Positions 7,743 to 16,483 of a stretch of 26,182 bases of DNA are shown here, piece after piece. The translations under genes were made by a program, and so were the position numbers. The notes beneath the pieces are model-generated. The model was not told where the DNA came from, searched no databases, and saw only the letters and a list, made by a program, of their open reading frames with translations. Position 1 is the stretch's first letter. Each line of letters begins with the position of its first letter. The stretch comes from Pseudomonadota bacterium (GTDB lineage: Bacteria > Bdellovibrionota > FAC87 > UBA2466): contig JAYSWN010000133.1 in NCBI GenBank assembly GCA_043718025.1, positions 1 to 26,182 of the forward strand, in the 5' to 3' direction.

Positions 7743-9203
7743 GTGGCAAAAAAGCTGAAAACATTCTGGGCGCGGCTCTTGATTCGGGTACCCGGGCTAG
7801 AGGCCTTGGATGAAGTGGTGCGCGAGCTTGCCGAAGCCGGTAGCCCACGGCGGGTGTGGCAACAATTACAGACTCTCGAAGTGCGCTCGCAAATCGAAGC
7901 GTTCTTGCGCGCGCATCCCGGGCTTCAAGCCTTGGTGTACTGGAGCGCGGCGGTTGCGGTGGGTTTTGCCGCGGTCTTTTACGCCGAAATTTTCAACTTT
8001 CTAAGCCACCAAAATCGTTGGCTCATTCAGGAGCGTCCGCTCTACCTGTTGGCGTTGGCTCCTGGGCTTACCTGGCTAGGTTGGTGGTTGGTTAAACGCT
8101 TTGCCCCGGGCGCGGGGGGCAGTGGCATTCCCCAGGTGATCACGGCGGTTGGTTGGGAAGGTGGCTCGGTAAATGGCGCTCTCAATTATTTGGTAGGCAT
8201 ACGCACGGTACTCATCGTGGTGCTAAGTTCGTTGTGTTTTGTGTTGGCCGGAGGGGCCATTGGTCGTGAAGGATCTACCATTCAAATTGCGGCCGGCCTT
8301 TTCTTCTGGATAGGCTGGCGGTTTCGAAAGCTGTGGGATCTTAGCTACCATTCCCTACTGATTGCGGGAGGGGCCGCCGGAATCGCCGCCGCTTTCAATA
8401 CGCCGCTGGGTGGGATTGTTTTTGCTATTGAAGAGCTCTCGCACACGCACTTCCAGCGTTTTAAAACTCATTTGATCACCGCCGTGATCGTGAGCGGTTT
8501 GGTGGCGCAATGGCTATTAGGGCCGTACCTCTTTTTTGGCTACCCAAAATTTTTGCCCGTCACCGTTTCGATTTTGCCGTGGGCGGTGTTGGTGGGGTTG
8601 ATTACGGGGCTTTCTGGAGCTTGGTTCGGCCGGGCAATTTTCATCATGACCAGCATCACGGCAAAGCTGAACTATAAGCAGCAAGGCTGGTTGGCGGCGA
8701 ACATTGGGCTTACCCTTGCCCTGTGTGGAATGTGGTTTGGGCCGGATGTGTTGGGTAGCGGCATGGAGATAACTTCACATATTCTTTTCAATCAGAGCAA
8801 AGATTTGGATTGGACCACGGTAATGGGTCGCATTATTACGCCGGTGATTTCTACCTTGGCCGGTTGTGCCGGAGGGGTGTTTGCGCCGTCATTGGCTGCG
8901 GGGGCCGTAATCGGCGGAAAAATTGCCTCCACAATCTATACCGGGCCCAATGTAAATTTGATGGTGTTACTGGGCATGATTGGATTTATGTCGGGCGTGA
9001 TGCGCACTCCGTTTACCGCTTTCGTGTTGGTGTTGGAAATGACCGATCGTCACTCCGCCATTTTTCCGATGATGGTTACGGCCGTGGTGGCTAACCTGAT
9101 CGCCAATGCGGTCGAGCCTAAGTCGCTCTACGAACGGGTGCGCGATCGGCTGATGAGCCAGCTCTCTAGTAAATACGCCTCTTCTGCCGGCAAAGCGGGA
9201 TGA
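7743..9203 (+). CDS. CLC family chloride channel / Cl-:H+ antiporter
   Basis: GSGIP, GREGS, AAAFNTPLGG, FAIEEL, GVFAP and C-terminal SLY motifs; no CBS domain. Start codon uncertain. Confidence 0.93.
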   Translation: MAKKLKTFWARLLIRVPGLEALDEVVRELAEAGSPRRVWQQLQTLEVRSQIEAFLRAHPGLQALVYWSAAVAVGFAAVFYAEIFNFLSHQNRWLIQERPLYLLALAPGLTWLGWWLVKRFAPGAGGSGIPQVITAVGWEGGSVNGALNYLVGIRTVLIVVLSSLCFVLAGGAIGREGSTIQIAAGLFFWIGWRFRKLWDLSYHSLLIAGGAAGIAAAFNTPLGGIVFAIEELSHTHFQRFKTHLITAVIVSGLVAQWLLGPYLFFGYPKFLPVTVSILPWAVLVGLITGLSGAWFGRAIFIMTSITAKLNYKQQGWLAANIGLTLALCGMWFGPDVLGSGMEITSHILFNQSKDLDWTTVMGRIITPVISTLAGCAGGVFAPSLAAGAVIGGKIASTIYTGPNVNLMVLLGMIGFMSGVMRTPFTAFVLVLEMTDRHSAIFPMMVTAVVANLIANAVEPKSLYERVRDRLMSQLSSKYASSAGKAG

Positions 9204-9994
9204 TCACTGCACACCGAGTCTACAAATACATGGATGGCGTTGGGAAACCGCTTACAAATTCCGATAAAGTTTTTAGGTTCGTTTTCAAACGAAGCCACCA
9301 CCTCGCCTAGCCGGGCAATTTTTTCGACTTCACCCATTTTATAAAGGTAGTCGTCGCCTTCACGGGCCGGCTTCATGAACAGATGAACGTCTTTTCCGGT
9401 CGGCACCGGAAAGCCATCGCGGGCCAAAGCCTTTCGCGTTCCTTGCTCCATTCCGGGGGCGTCGCGGCCGGTAAGGTAGGCAAGCACGGCGCCCAAGCCG
9501 TAAACCTCGCGTACGAATTCAGAGCTGCCCGCGTACGGTTCATCGTGCGAAACGTAGGGGTCGGTAAAAAAGCGGGCTCTCCAGTACTCTTTCAAATCTT
9601 CCCACTGCGCCTTGTTGTACTCGTCTTCAAGCGACAGGCCGAGCCTTCCAAACAGATCGGCCATCGAATAAAAACGGACTTCGCGCGTCAGGTTTTTCAA
9701 CGCCGAAAAAATGGGCTCCCGCGGGGCCTTTTCCGTAAGCCATTCGTTAAGAATAACGTGATTTCTCAGTGAGGTGTCGTAAAGGGTGCTGTCGAGGTCG
9801 AGCAAGATGACCGGAGTCATTCCTAGCTGTTTCGTCTTTTGTATCGTTTCTTCCAGCGCCACAAAAAGCGTTTCACCGGTATGGGGAGTGAATTGCGACT
9901 TTTCAATCCACACCCGCCGCGAAAAGTGGGTCTCGGGCGTAGCGGCTGGTGAATGAGTTAAGGAGCTGATTCGGAGTTTAGAATCTTTAGTCAC
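9128..9994 (-). CDS. HAD superfamily hydrolase / acid phosphatase-like
   Basis: Motif I LLDLDSTL, motif II YLTGR, motif III Lys and motif IV-like SFENEP. Start uncertain. Confidence 0.8.
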   Translation of the reverse strand: MTKDSKLRISSLTHSPAATPETHFSRRVWIEKSQFTPHTGETLFVALEETIQKTKQLGMTPVILLDLDSTLYDTSLRNHVILNEWLTEKAPREPIFSALKNLTREVRFYSMADLFGRLGLSLEDEYNKAQWEDLKEYWRARFFTDPYVSHDEPYAGSSEFVREVYGLGAVLAYLTGRDAPGMEQGTRKALARDGFPVPTGKDVHLFMKPAREGDDYLYKMGEVEKIARLGEVVASFENEPKNFIGICKRFPNAIHVFVDSVCSDHPALPAEEAYLLESWLISRSRTRS

Positions 9995-10190
9995 GAGAAT
10001 GCCTCTAGATAACTGAAATCGTTAGTCTTCGTCAATTAAACCAGGGGCAAAACCGGTTGTCATGGCGGCCCGCCCTTAACTAAACCGCGCCGCTTCGCGT
10101 GACCGCGCGTGGTTAAATCAGTTGGCCAACGGTTTTCTAACTGAATTTTGAGCGAACTTTTGCTATGAAACGTCAACTCAAGGAGAACCC

Positions 10191-11081
10191 ATGAAACGTT
10201 TTGCTCTCGGCTTTTTGCTGGTGGTCCTTACCTCTCTGTCCGTTTGCGACGCCGCCGTACTCAAACGGCCGGTGATAATGGGTTTTAACCCCGCCGAAAA
10301 CGCGGAAACTACCGAAATGAACGGTAAGCTCTTTGTTGAGTATTACAAAAAGAAGACGGGGCTTGAGGCCAAAACCTTTGTGGCCACTGATTATACGGCG
10401 CTCATTGAAGCGCTTCGTAGCGGCCAGATCGACTTCGCCTGGTTGGCCCCTTTTAGTTACATTAAAGCCGAAAAAATTGCCGACGCTCAGGTGCTACTGA
10501 AAAGCGTGCGCAAAGGGCAGGCCTTTTTTTACAGCGCCATCATCACCCGTGCCGACAAACCGTTTAAAACGGTGGAAGACCTTAAGGGAAAGAACATGGC
10601 CTGGGTTGATCCATCGAGCACTTCGGGGCACATTTTTCCTAAGGCAAACTTGCTCACCAAAAAGAAAATTGACGCCGATAAATTTTTCGGCCGCCAGATT
10701 TTTGCCGGATCGCACGATGCGCTGGTGCTTTCGGTAATCAACGGAACGGTCGATGCCGGCGCAACCTTCTGTAACGACAAAGAAGGAAAAGACGGCGCCT
10801 GGACGCAGTTTTTGAAAACCGACGAAGATCGCAAAAAGGTGCGCGTGCTCTATGTCACCGATGCGATTACCGGCGACACCATGGCCACCTCCAAAAAGTT
10901 CAATCTCGCTCATAAAGACGTGGTGGATGAGACGGTCAATTTGTTGATCGCCATGGGTAAAGACGAAGAAGGCAAAAAAATATTGAAGGCGCTTTACCGC
11001 ATCGATTCGATGGTTCCGGCAAAATCGGAAGACTACGAATCGGTTCGCGCGGCGGCCCGAGTTCTCAAGCTGGAAGAATAA
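10191..11081 (+). CDS. phnD: Phosphate/phosphite/phosphonate ABC transporter substrate-binding protein
   Basis: RBS AAGGAG; signal peptide; DYTALIEAL, DPSSTSG and FAGSHD motifs; operon context. Confidence 0.88.
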   Translation: MKRFALGFLLVVLTSLSVCDAAVLKRPVIMGFNPAENAETTEMNGKLFVEYYKKKTGLEAKTFVATDYTALIEALRSGQIDFAWLAPFSYIKAEKIADAQVLLKSVRKGQAFFYSAIITRADKPFKTVEDLKGKNMAWVDPSSTSGHIFPKANLLTKKKIDADKFFGRQIFAGSHDALVLSVINGTVDAGATFCNDKEGKDGAWTQFLKTDEDRKKVRVLYVTDAITGDTMATSKKFNLAHKDVVDETVNLLIAMGKDEEGKKILKALYRIDSMVPAKSEDYESVRAAARVLKLEE

Positions 11082-11088
11082 GCTAACC

Positions 11089-11853
11089 ATGTCGATCATC
11101 GCCCGCAACCTGTCCAAAACTTTTGACGGCGGAAAAACCTTTGCGCTGCAGGGCGTGAGCATTGACGTTCAGCCGGGTGAATTCATCGCCGTGATTGGCC
11201 TTTCGGGCGCGGGTAAAAGCACTTTTTTAAGGGCGATCAATGGGGTGCACGTGCCTTCGGGCGGCCATATGGAAGTGCTGGGACGGGCCGTAGAAAAGCT
11301 CTCGCGTAAAGAGTTGGTCTTGTTGCGATCGCAGATTGGATTCATTTTTCAGCAGTTCAATTTGGTAAAGAGTTTAACCGCGATGCAAAATGTTTTGTGC
11401 GGCCGAGTAGCCTACGTGCCGAGATGGCGGGCCCTAACCGGATGGTTTGGCGAAGAGAATTTTCAATTGGCGCGCGAGGCGCTTGATTCAGTGGGCCTCT
11501 CTGGGCGTTATACCGAGAAGGTGCGTAATTTATCCGGCGGCCAGCAGCAAAGGGTGGCCATAGCTCGGGCTTTGGTTCAACAGCCTAAGATAATTTTAGC
11601 TGACGAGCCCATGGCCTCTCTGGATCCAAAATTGGCGGAAGTGGTTTTAGAAATCTTATCTCGCATTAACCGCGAGCGTGGCATCACCGTACTGGTGAAT
11701 ATTCACGTGCTTGAGCTGGCCCGCAAATTTGCGCGGCGGGTGATTGCCTTTCGCAAAGGGCACCTTGTTTTTGACGGCGCGATCGATACTTTGAACGACG
11801 TAGAACTCGAAAAAATTTACACTCTCGACAGCGAAGAGGCTGGGCACCATTAA
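11089..11853 (+). CDS. phnC: Phosphonate-type ABC transporter ATP-binding protein
   Basis: Walker A GLSGAGKST, IGFIFQQFNLV, LSGGQQQRVAIARAL, LADEPMASLDP and H-loop NIH. Confidence 0.92.
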   Translation: MSIIARNLSKTFDGGKTFALQGVSIDVQPGEFIAVIGLSGAGKSTFLRAINGVHVPSGGHMEVLGRAVEKLSRKELVLLRSQIGFIFQQFNLVKSLTAMQNVLCGRVAYVPRWRALTGWFGEENFQLAREALDSVGLSGRYTEKVRNLSGGQQQRVAIARALVQQPKIILADEPMASLDPKLAEVVLEILSRINRERGITVLVNIHVLELARKFARRVIAFRKGHLVFDGAIDTLNDVELEKIYTLDSEEAGHH

Positions 11854-11868
11854 TTAAAGGACCACCTA

Positions 11869-12693
11869 ATGGATAACCCAATGGCCACAACAATGAAAAA
11901 GATCCCTCAGGTGAATATCCATAAGGCAGCGCGCAGATTAGATCGAGTGGCTAAGGCTTTTTTTTGGATCATTCTGGGCTACCTTACCTACTTGTCGGCC
12001 CAGGCCGTTGAATTCAGCATGCCGCGATTGATTCAGGGTCTGCCTTACATGGCCGACTTCTTGTCGCGTATGTTTCCGCCGGATCTCTCGATTTTGGGCC
12101 GGGTTCTTGACGAGACCTTACTTACCGTCGAGCTCGCTTGGGTAAGCACCATCATTGCGGCGCTATTGTCGCTACCCGTCGGTTTTTTGGCGGCGGCCAA
12201 TATCACCGAAAGCCGCTGGCTTCGCGGCATCACCATTTTCTTTCTCAACGCTGATCGGGCCATTGATTCCCTAATTCTCGCTCTGTTTTTTGTGAGCGCC
12301 GTTGGCCTTGGCCCCTTTCCCGGAACGCTCGCGCTGGCTATTCACTCGGTGGGTATGCTCGGTAAACTATTTGCCGATGCGATCGAGGCGATTGATCCTG
12401 GGCCGGTTGAAGCGTTGCGTAGTGCCGGTGCCGGTCGCTTGGCCACCATTCGTTGGGCGGTGCTGCCGCAGGTGGCCCCTCATTTCGTTAGCTATTTTTT
12501 ATTTCGATTCGAACTCAACGTGCGGGTTGCGGTGGTGCTGGGTCTGGTTGGTGCCGGCGGAATTGGATTTTTGCTCACCCAATACATGCGCATGTTCCAG
12601 TACACTAAGGTGTGCACGGTGCTATTGGTCATCCTTGCTCTGGTGATGACGGTTGACCTCATCTCGTCCCGATTGCGCCGCTCGGTGCTTTAG
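11869..12693 (+). CDS. phnE: Phosphonate-type ABC transporter permease
   Basis: MFPPD, GLGPFPGTLALAIHSVGMLGKLFADAIE and FELNVR..VLGLVGAGGIG motifs. Start may be 11881 or 11893. Confidence 0.92.
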   Translation: MDNPMATTMKKIPQVNIHKAARRLDRVAKAFFWIILGYLTYLSAQAVEFSMPRLIQGLPYMADFLSRMFPPDLSILGRVLDETLLTVELAWVSTIIAALLSLPVGFLAAANITESRWLRGITIFFLNADRAIDSLILALFFVSAVGLGPFPGTLALAIHSVGMLGKLFADAIEAIDPGPVEALRSAGAGRLATIRWAVLPQVAPHFVSYFLFRFELNVRVAVVLGLVGAGGIGFLLTQYMRMFQYTKVCTVLLVILALVMTVDLISSRLRRSVL

Positions 12694-12762
12694 GGCCTCT
12701 GCACTGCGGTTTGCACCGGGCCTTGGCCCCCCTTGCCCTTACTGTTACCTTCTTATCCCCTT

Positions 12763-13977
12763 ATGGATAATGTTACTCACTCACTCGTTGGCATTGCTTT
12801 CGGCGAGCTGTGGCACCACTACCGGCAAAATAAGAAACCTGGAATAAGCCGGCGCGCCGTGGTCATCGCGAGTTTCGCGGGTAACAACGTTCCAGATTTA
12901 GACTTTATTTACGCCTCATTGACCGACGCCCACGTGGGTTATCTACTTCACCATCGCGGCCATACCCACACGTTGGTGGCGGGACTGCTCTTTTTGTTAC
13001 TGCCGTGGCTCTATACCAAACTTGCCAAGCCGCCGACGCAAAAAGGGCTCAAGCGTAGCGAATGGTTTTTCGTTTTTGGGCTCGGCCTGTGGCTGCACAT
13101 TCTGCTCGACTCATTAAATAGCTACGGCGTTCATCCGTTTTGGCCGCTGGACAACCACTGGTATTACCTCGATACGCTTTTTATATTGGAGCCATTGGCT
13201 TGGGTGGCATTGCTGCCGGCGCTTATTTTTTCGACCAGGCACAAAGGCCTTCGGATTTCGTTTGGCGTCTGCTTTTTTGGAATTATTGCGATGGCGTGGG
13301 CTTTTCCCTACGCTTCGTGGCAGGCCGCCGCGTTGTCGACCATGCTGGCCTTGGCCGTATGGTTTTCTCACCTGCATCAGACTCGAGTGCGCCGCTTTCA
13401 AATTGGAATGGCGGTTTTTTGGGCCGTAGTCGTCTGTTTTTTCGTGACCGGCCGCATGGTGAAGTGGCGTTATTTTGAAAAATTGGCGCAGCAATCGCCG
13501 GATAGAAAAATTGCCGACACCATTTTAGCTCCGCTGCCCACCAACCCCTTCTGCTGGGCGCTGATTTCGGTGGAGCGGAAGAATGACGGTAAGACCTACT
13601 TTTTGAAGCGCGGCGTTCTCGCCTCTTTTCCGGCCGTACACCCGGTGGCGCTTTGCCCCGAGTTTAAAAGTGATCGGGGGGTGGCGCCGCTGAACGAGGT
13701 GATTGAGGCCGACACTCGTCGCTACGCCTGGTTAGGTGAATACCGGGGCGATTTGTCTCAGCTTCGTGATTTGCAGAAAAACCATTGCTACATCGGCGCT
13801 TTTTTAGATTTTGCGCGCGCCCCGTTTTTAATCGACCTTGGCGATAAGTGGCAGATGGGAGACATGCGTTTCGACTTTAGGTCGCGCTTAGCGTTTGCGC
13901 GCCCCGCGTTTTCCAAAGTGCCAACGGTTTGCCCAGCCACCACCGTGCCTTGGGTGGCACCGATAAACCGCTGGTAG
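12763..13977 (+). CDS. Membrane-bound metal-dependent hydrolase (YdjM-like)
   Basis: MDNVTHSLVG, PDLD, HHRGHTHT, HILLDSLNSYGVHPFWP and DMRF motifs. ATG 12763 fits the family N-terminus better than TTG 12733. Confidence 0.85.
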   Translation: MDNVTHSLVGIAFGELWHHYRQNKKPGISRRAVVIASFAGNNVPDLDFIYASLTDAHVGYLLHHRGHTHTLVAGLLFLLLPWLYTKLAKPPTQKGLKRSEWFFVFGLGLWLHILLDSLNSYGVHPFWPLDNHWYYLDTLFILEPLAWVALLPALIFSTRHKGLRISFGVCFFGIIAMAWAFPYASWQAAALSTMLALAVWFSHLHQTRVRRFQIGMAVFWAVVVCFFVTGRMVKWRYFEKLAQQSPDRKIADTILAPLPTNPFCWALISVERKNDGKTYFLKRGVLASFPAVHPVALCPEFKSDRGVAPLNEVIEADTRRYAWLGEYRGDLSQLRDLQKNHCYIGAFLDFARAPFLIDLGDKWQMGDMRFDFRSRLAFARPAFSKVPTVCPATTVPWVAPINRW

Positions 13978-14040
13978 GACTTGCAACCACTACCAACGCG
14001 GCACCTTGCCGTAGAATTAGCTCTAGCCTATCTTGCCCCC

Positions 14041-14412
14041 ATGGCACGCCTGTTCTTGCTCTCTGGTTCTTTCTTCGGATTTCTGTCGGTGGCGTTGGGT
14101 GCGTTTGCCGCCCATGCGCTTAAAGACAAGTTTGATGCCTACTCGATCGGTATTTTTCAAACCGGCGTGCAGTATCAATTTTTTCACGCCTTGGCGCTGT
14201 TAGCGGTGGGTATTCTCGCCCAAACTACCGGCCACGATTTTAAAATCACCGGCTACAGTTTTCTGTTTGGGATTTTGGTGTTCTCCGGAAGCCTTTATCT
14301 CTTAGCCTTCACCGGAGTGAAGTGGCTGGGAGCCATCACCCCGATTGGTGGACTGGCTTTTCTCGTGGGCTGGTTTGCTTTGTTTTTAGGTGTTTTAAAA
14401 AACGTGAGGTGA
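14041..14412 (+). CDS. DUF423 (YgdD/TMEM256) membrane protein
   Basis: VALGAFAAHAL, TGVQYQFFHALAL, FSGSLY and GAITPIGG motifs. Confidence 0.92.
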   Translation: MARLFLLSGSFFGFLSVALGAFAAHALKDKFDAYSIGIFQTGVQYQFFHALALLAVGILAQTTGHDFKITGYSFLFGILVFSGSLYLLAFTGVKWLGAITPIGGLAFLVGWFALFLGVLKNVR

Positions 14413-14414
14413 TT

Positions 14415-14792
14415 ATGCCGTCGGTAGTGATTGTGGGAGCCAGCTCGGATCGCAATAAGTTTGGAAATAAGGCGGTTCGCGCCTTTCGCGAAAAGGGGTA
14501 TGACGTCTACCCCGTGCATCCCAAGGAGGCCGAAATTGAAGGGCTTAAAGCCTACAAAAGTATCCTCGATGTTCCTGCCGCCAACATCGATATGGTGAGC
14601 GTGTATTTGGCACCCGCTATCGGCATGAAGGTGATCGAGGAGATCGCCAAAAAAAAATGCAATGAGGTTTGGCTAAACCCCGGGGCCGAAAGCGATGAGC
14701 TTATCGAAAAGGGCGAATCGTTGGGTCTCACCGTGATTGCCGCGTGCAGTATTGTGGGGATTGGCGTCAGTCCTTCTAAATACGGCGGCTGA
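14415..14792 (+). CDS. CoA-binding protein (YccU-like)
   Basis: VIVGASSDRNKFG, VYPVHP and VWLNPGAES..C motifs. GAGG RBS before ATG 14415. Confidence 0.9.
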   Translation: MPSVVIVGASSDRNKFGNKAVRAFREKGYDVYPVHPKEAEIEGLKAYKSILDVPAANIDMVSVYLAPAIGMKVIEEIAKKKCNEVWLNPGAESDELIEKGESLGLTVIAACSIVGIGVSPSKYGG

Positions 14793-15407
14793 TCACTTTA
14801 GTTTTTTAGCTTTTCCGAATTCAGAAGATAGGGGGATTCCCTGTTTGCAAAGGGGGCAATCTTCGGCCGTCCAAGACTCCAGCGGAATTCTTACCAGTTC
14901 GTGCAGCGCTGGTACGTCTTTCAGGTCGGCAAGGGTCAACCCGCCGCGATTACACAGCACCGCTACCCCCATGATCACCCCGCCCGCGGCCCGGGTGGCT
15001 TCAATGGTTTTATCGACTGACATGCCGGTGGTGATAATGTCCTCGACCACCAAAACTCGTTTTCCGTGCACCAGCTTGTCGTAACCACGTTTTAGCGCCA
15101 GCCCGTCTTCGACCTTTTCTGCATAAACACTTAAGACCTCTTGCCCCTTGATTCGCGACATGTGAAATGCGGTCCATTGCGAGAGGATAATTCCGCCCAA
15201 AGCCGGCCCCACTACCACATCAATTTGATTGTCTACAAACCGTTCGGCAAACGCTTGGCCGATTTTGGAAGCAATTCCCACGTGGGGATAAAGCGCGTCT
15301 TTATTTACGTACGCTTTGCCGTGGCGGCCCGAGGTGTATTGAAAGTGCCCCTTTTGAATGAGGGCTCCGGTTTTTTCTAATACCTGCAATACTTCAGCTT
15401 GATTCAT
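14793..15407 (-). CDS. pyrE: Orotate phosphoribosyltransferase
   Basis: GHFQYTSGRH; PRPP-binding motif VLVVEDIITTG; adjacent to pyrF with a 1-bp overlap. Confidence 0.85.
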   Translation of the reverse strand: MNQAEVLQVLEKTGALIQKGHFQYTSGRHGKAYVNKDALYPHVGIASKIGQAFAERFVDNQIDVVVGPALGGIILSQWTAFHMSRIKGQEVLSVYAEKVEDGLALKRGYDKLVHGKRVLVVEDIITTGMSVDKTIEATRAAGGVIMGVAVLCNRGGLTLADLKDVPALHELVRIPLESWTAEDCPLCKQGIPLSSEFGKAKKLK

Positions 15408-16120
15408 TACCGAGCCTCTTCAATTTCTGCCGCGATTCGTTTGGCCGCTTCAACCGGCGAACCTACCGAAGACGGTGGTTTCAAAATAGGGCGACCAATT
15501 ACCAGGTAGTCCGCACCGGCGGCAATGGCATCTATGGGCGTAAAAATTCGTTTCTGGTCGTTATTTTCTGCCCATTTGGGGCGTATCCCCGGAGTGACCT
15601 TGAGCAGATTCTTTGTTTTGGGGTCTTGCGATAAAAAAGCCAGATCGGCGGCTGAGCAAACAATGCCGTCTACTCCGGCCTGCGCGGCCAAATGGGCCAG
15701 CGAAGTGACGCGCTCTTTTACCGAGGCGCCAAACACTTCGCGGCAGCCGGCTTCATCAAATGAAGTGAGCACCGTAACCGCCAGAACCTTAGAGTTTTTG
15801 CGGCAACGCACGGCCTCGCGCATAGATTCAAGTCCGCAGTTAGCGTGCAGATCAAAAAAATCGACCCCCATTTTTGCCGCCGCTTCCGCGGCCCCGGCGA
15901 TGGTGTTGGGAATGTCGCTGAACTTACCGTCGTAAAACAGCTTCCCGCCGCTTTTTTTGATGTGCTCTACCACGGTGGGAGCCCCCACGGCGGTAAGTAG
16001 CTCTAGTCCAACCTTAAAATAGCCCACGTGGGGGGCCAGTTCAGAGATGTGGCGCCGGGCCACCTCCCAGTCACTAACGTCCAGGGCGACCATAATCCGT
16101 TCTTTTGCGGGGCGATTCAT
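15407..16120 (-). CDS. pyrF: Orotidine-5'-phosphate decarboxylase
   Basis: VALD, FKVGLEL, DGKFSDIPNT, VTVLTS, VTPGIRP, DQKR and LVIGRPI motifs. Start at 16120 or 16180. Confidence 0.95.
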   Translation of the reverse strand: MNRPAKERIMVALDVSDWEVARRHISELAPHVGYFKVGLELLTAVGAPTVVEHIKKSGGKLFYDGKFSDIPNTIAGAAEAAAKMGVDFFDLHANCGLESMREAVRCRKNSKVLAVTVLTSFDEAGCREVFGASVKERVTSLAHLAAQAGVDGIVCSAADLAFLSQDPKTKNLLKVTPGIRPKWAENNDQKRIFTPIDAIAAGADYLVIGRPILKPPSSVGSPVEAAKRIAAEIEEAR

Positions 16121-16345
16121 ATACGGCAAATTAATGGAATTGGTGGCGACCGGCAATTGTGAAGAAACCAACATGGTCATGCCGACTCCATGAAATTTAC
16201 CTCTCCTATGGTGTCCGGCGGGTTTGAATTACAGAAACCTCCTTGGTTTCGATCTCATTCAGGGGGGGAACAGGCCGGGTCTTTTGACAATTGGTTCAAC
16301 TTACCGGGCTAGGCCACACGTATGATCAAAGGGCAGGGGGAAACT

Positions 16346-16483
16346 ATGGGGATGTTTAAGACCGCGCTGGCGTTGCTGGCATTGGTGACCGTGATGGGAT
16401 TGGGTGCGTGCACCAAGTCGATTGGTGAGCCCAAAGAGTTTCCTCAATTGATCGGAACTGACGCCGAGCGAGGTAACCCATGA
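16346..16483 (+). CDS. Small (45-aa) putative lipoprotein, absent from the ORF track
   Basis: MGMFKTALALLALVTVMGLGAC-TKSIGEPKEFPQLIGTDAERGNP*. Purine-rich RBS AGGGGG, lipobox LGAC, and an ATGA overlap with the next gene. Confidence 0.65.
   Translation: MGMFKTALALLALVTVMGLGACTKSIGEPKEFPQLIGTDAERGNP

Noticed and set aside
9995..10190. Pho box or structured RNA upstream of phnD
   Set aside because: There is only one TGTCAT half-site and weak, imperfect stems.
10494..11162. 222-aa minus-strand ORF and other overlapping short ORFs in the track
   Set aside because: They lie antisense to or out of frame within well-supported genes and have no recognisable motifs.
16284..16326. TTGACA and TATGAT as a sigma70 promoter
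   Set aside because: The two hexamers are 31 nt apart, not about 17.
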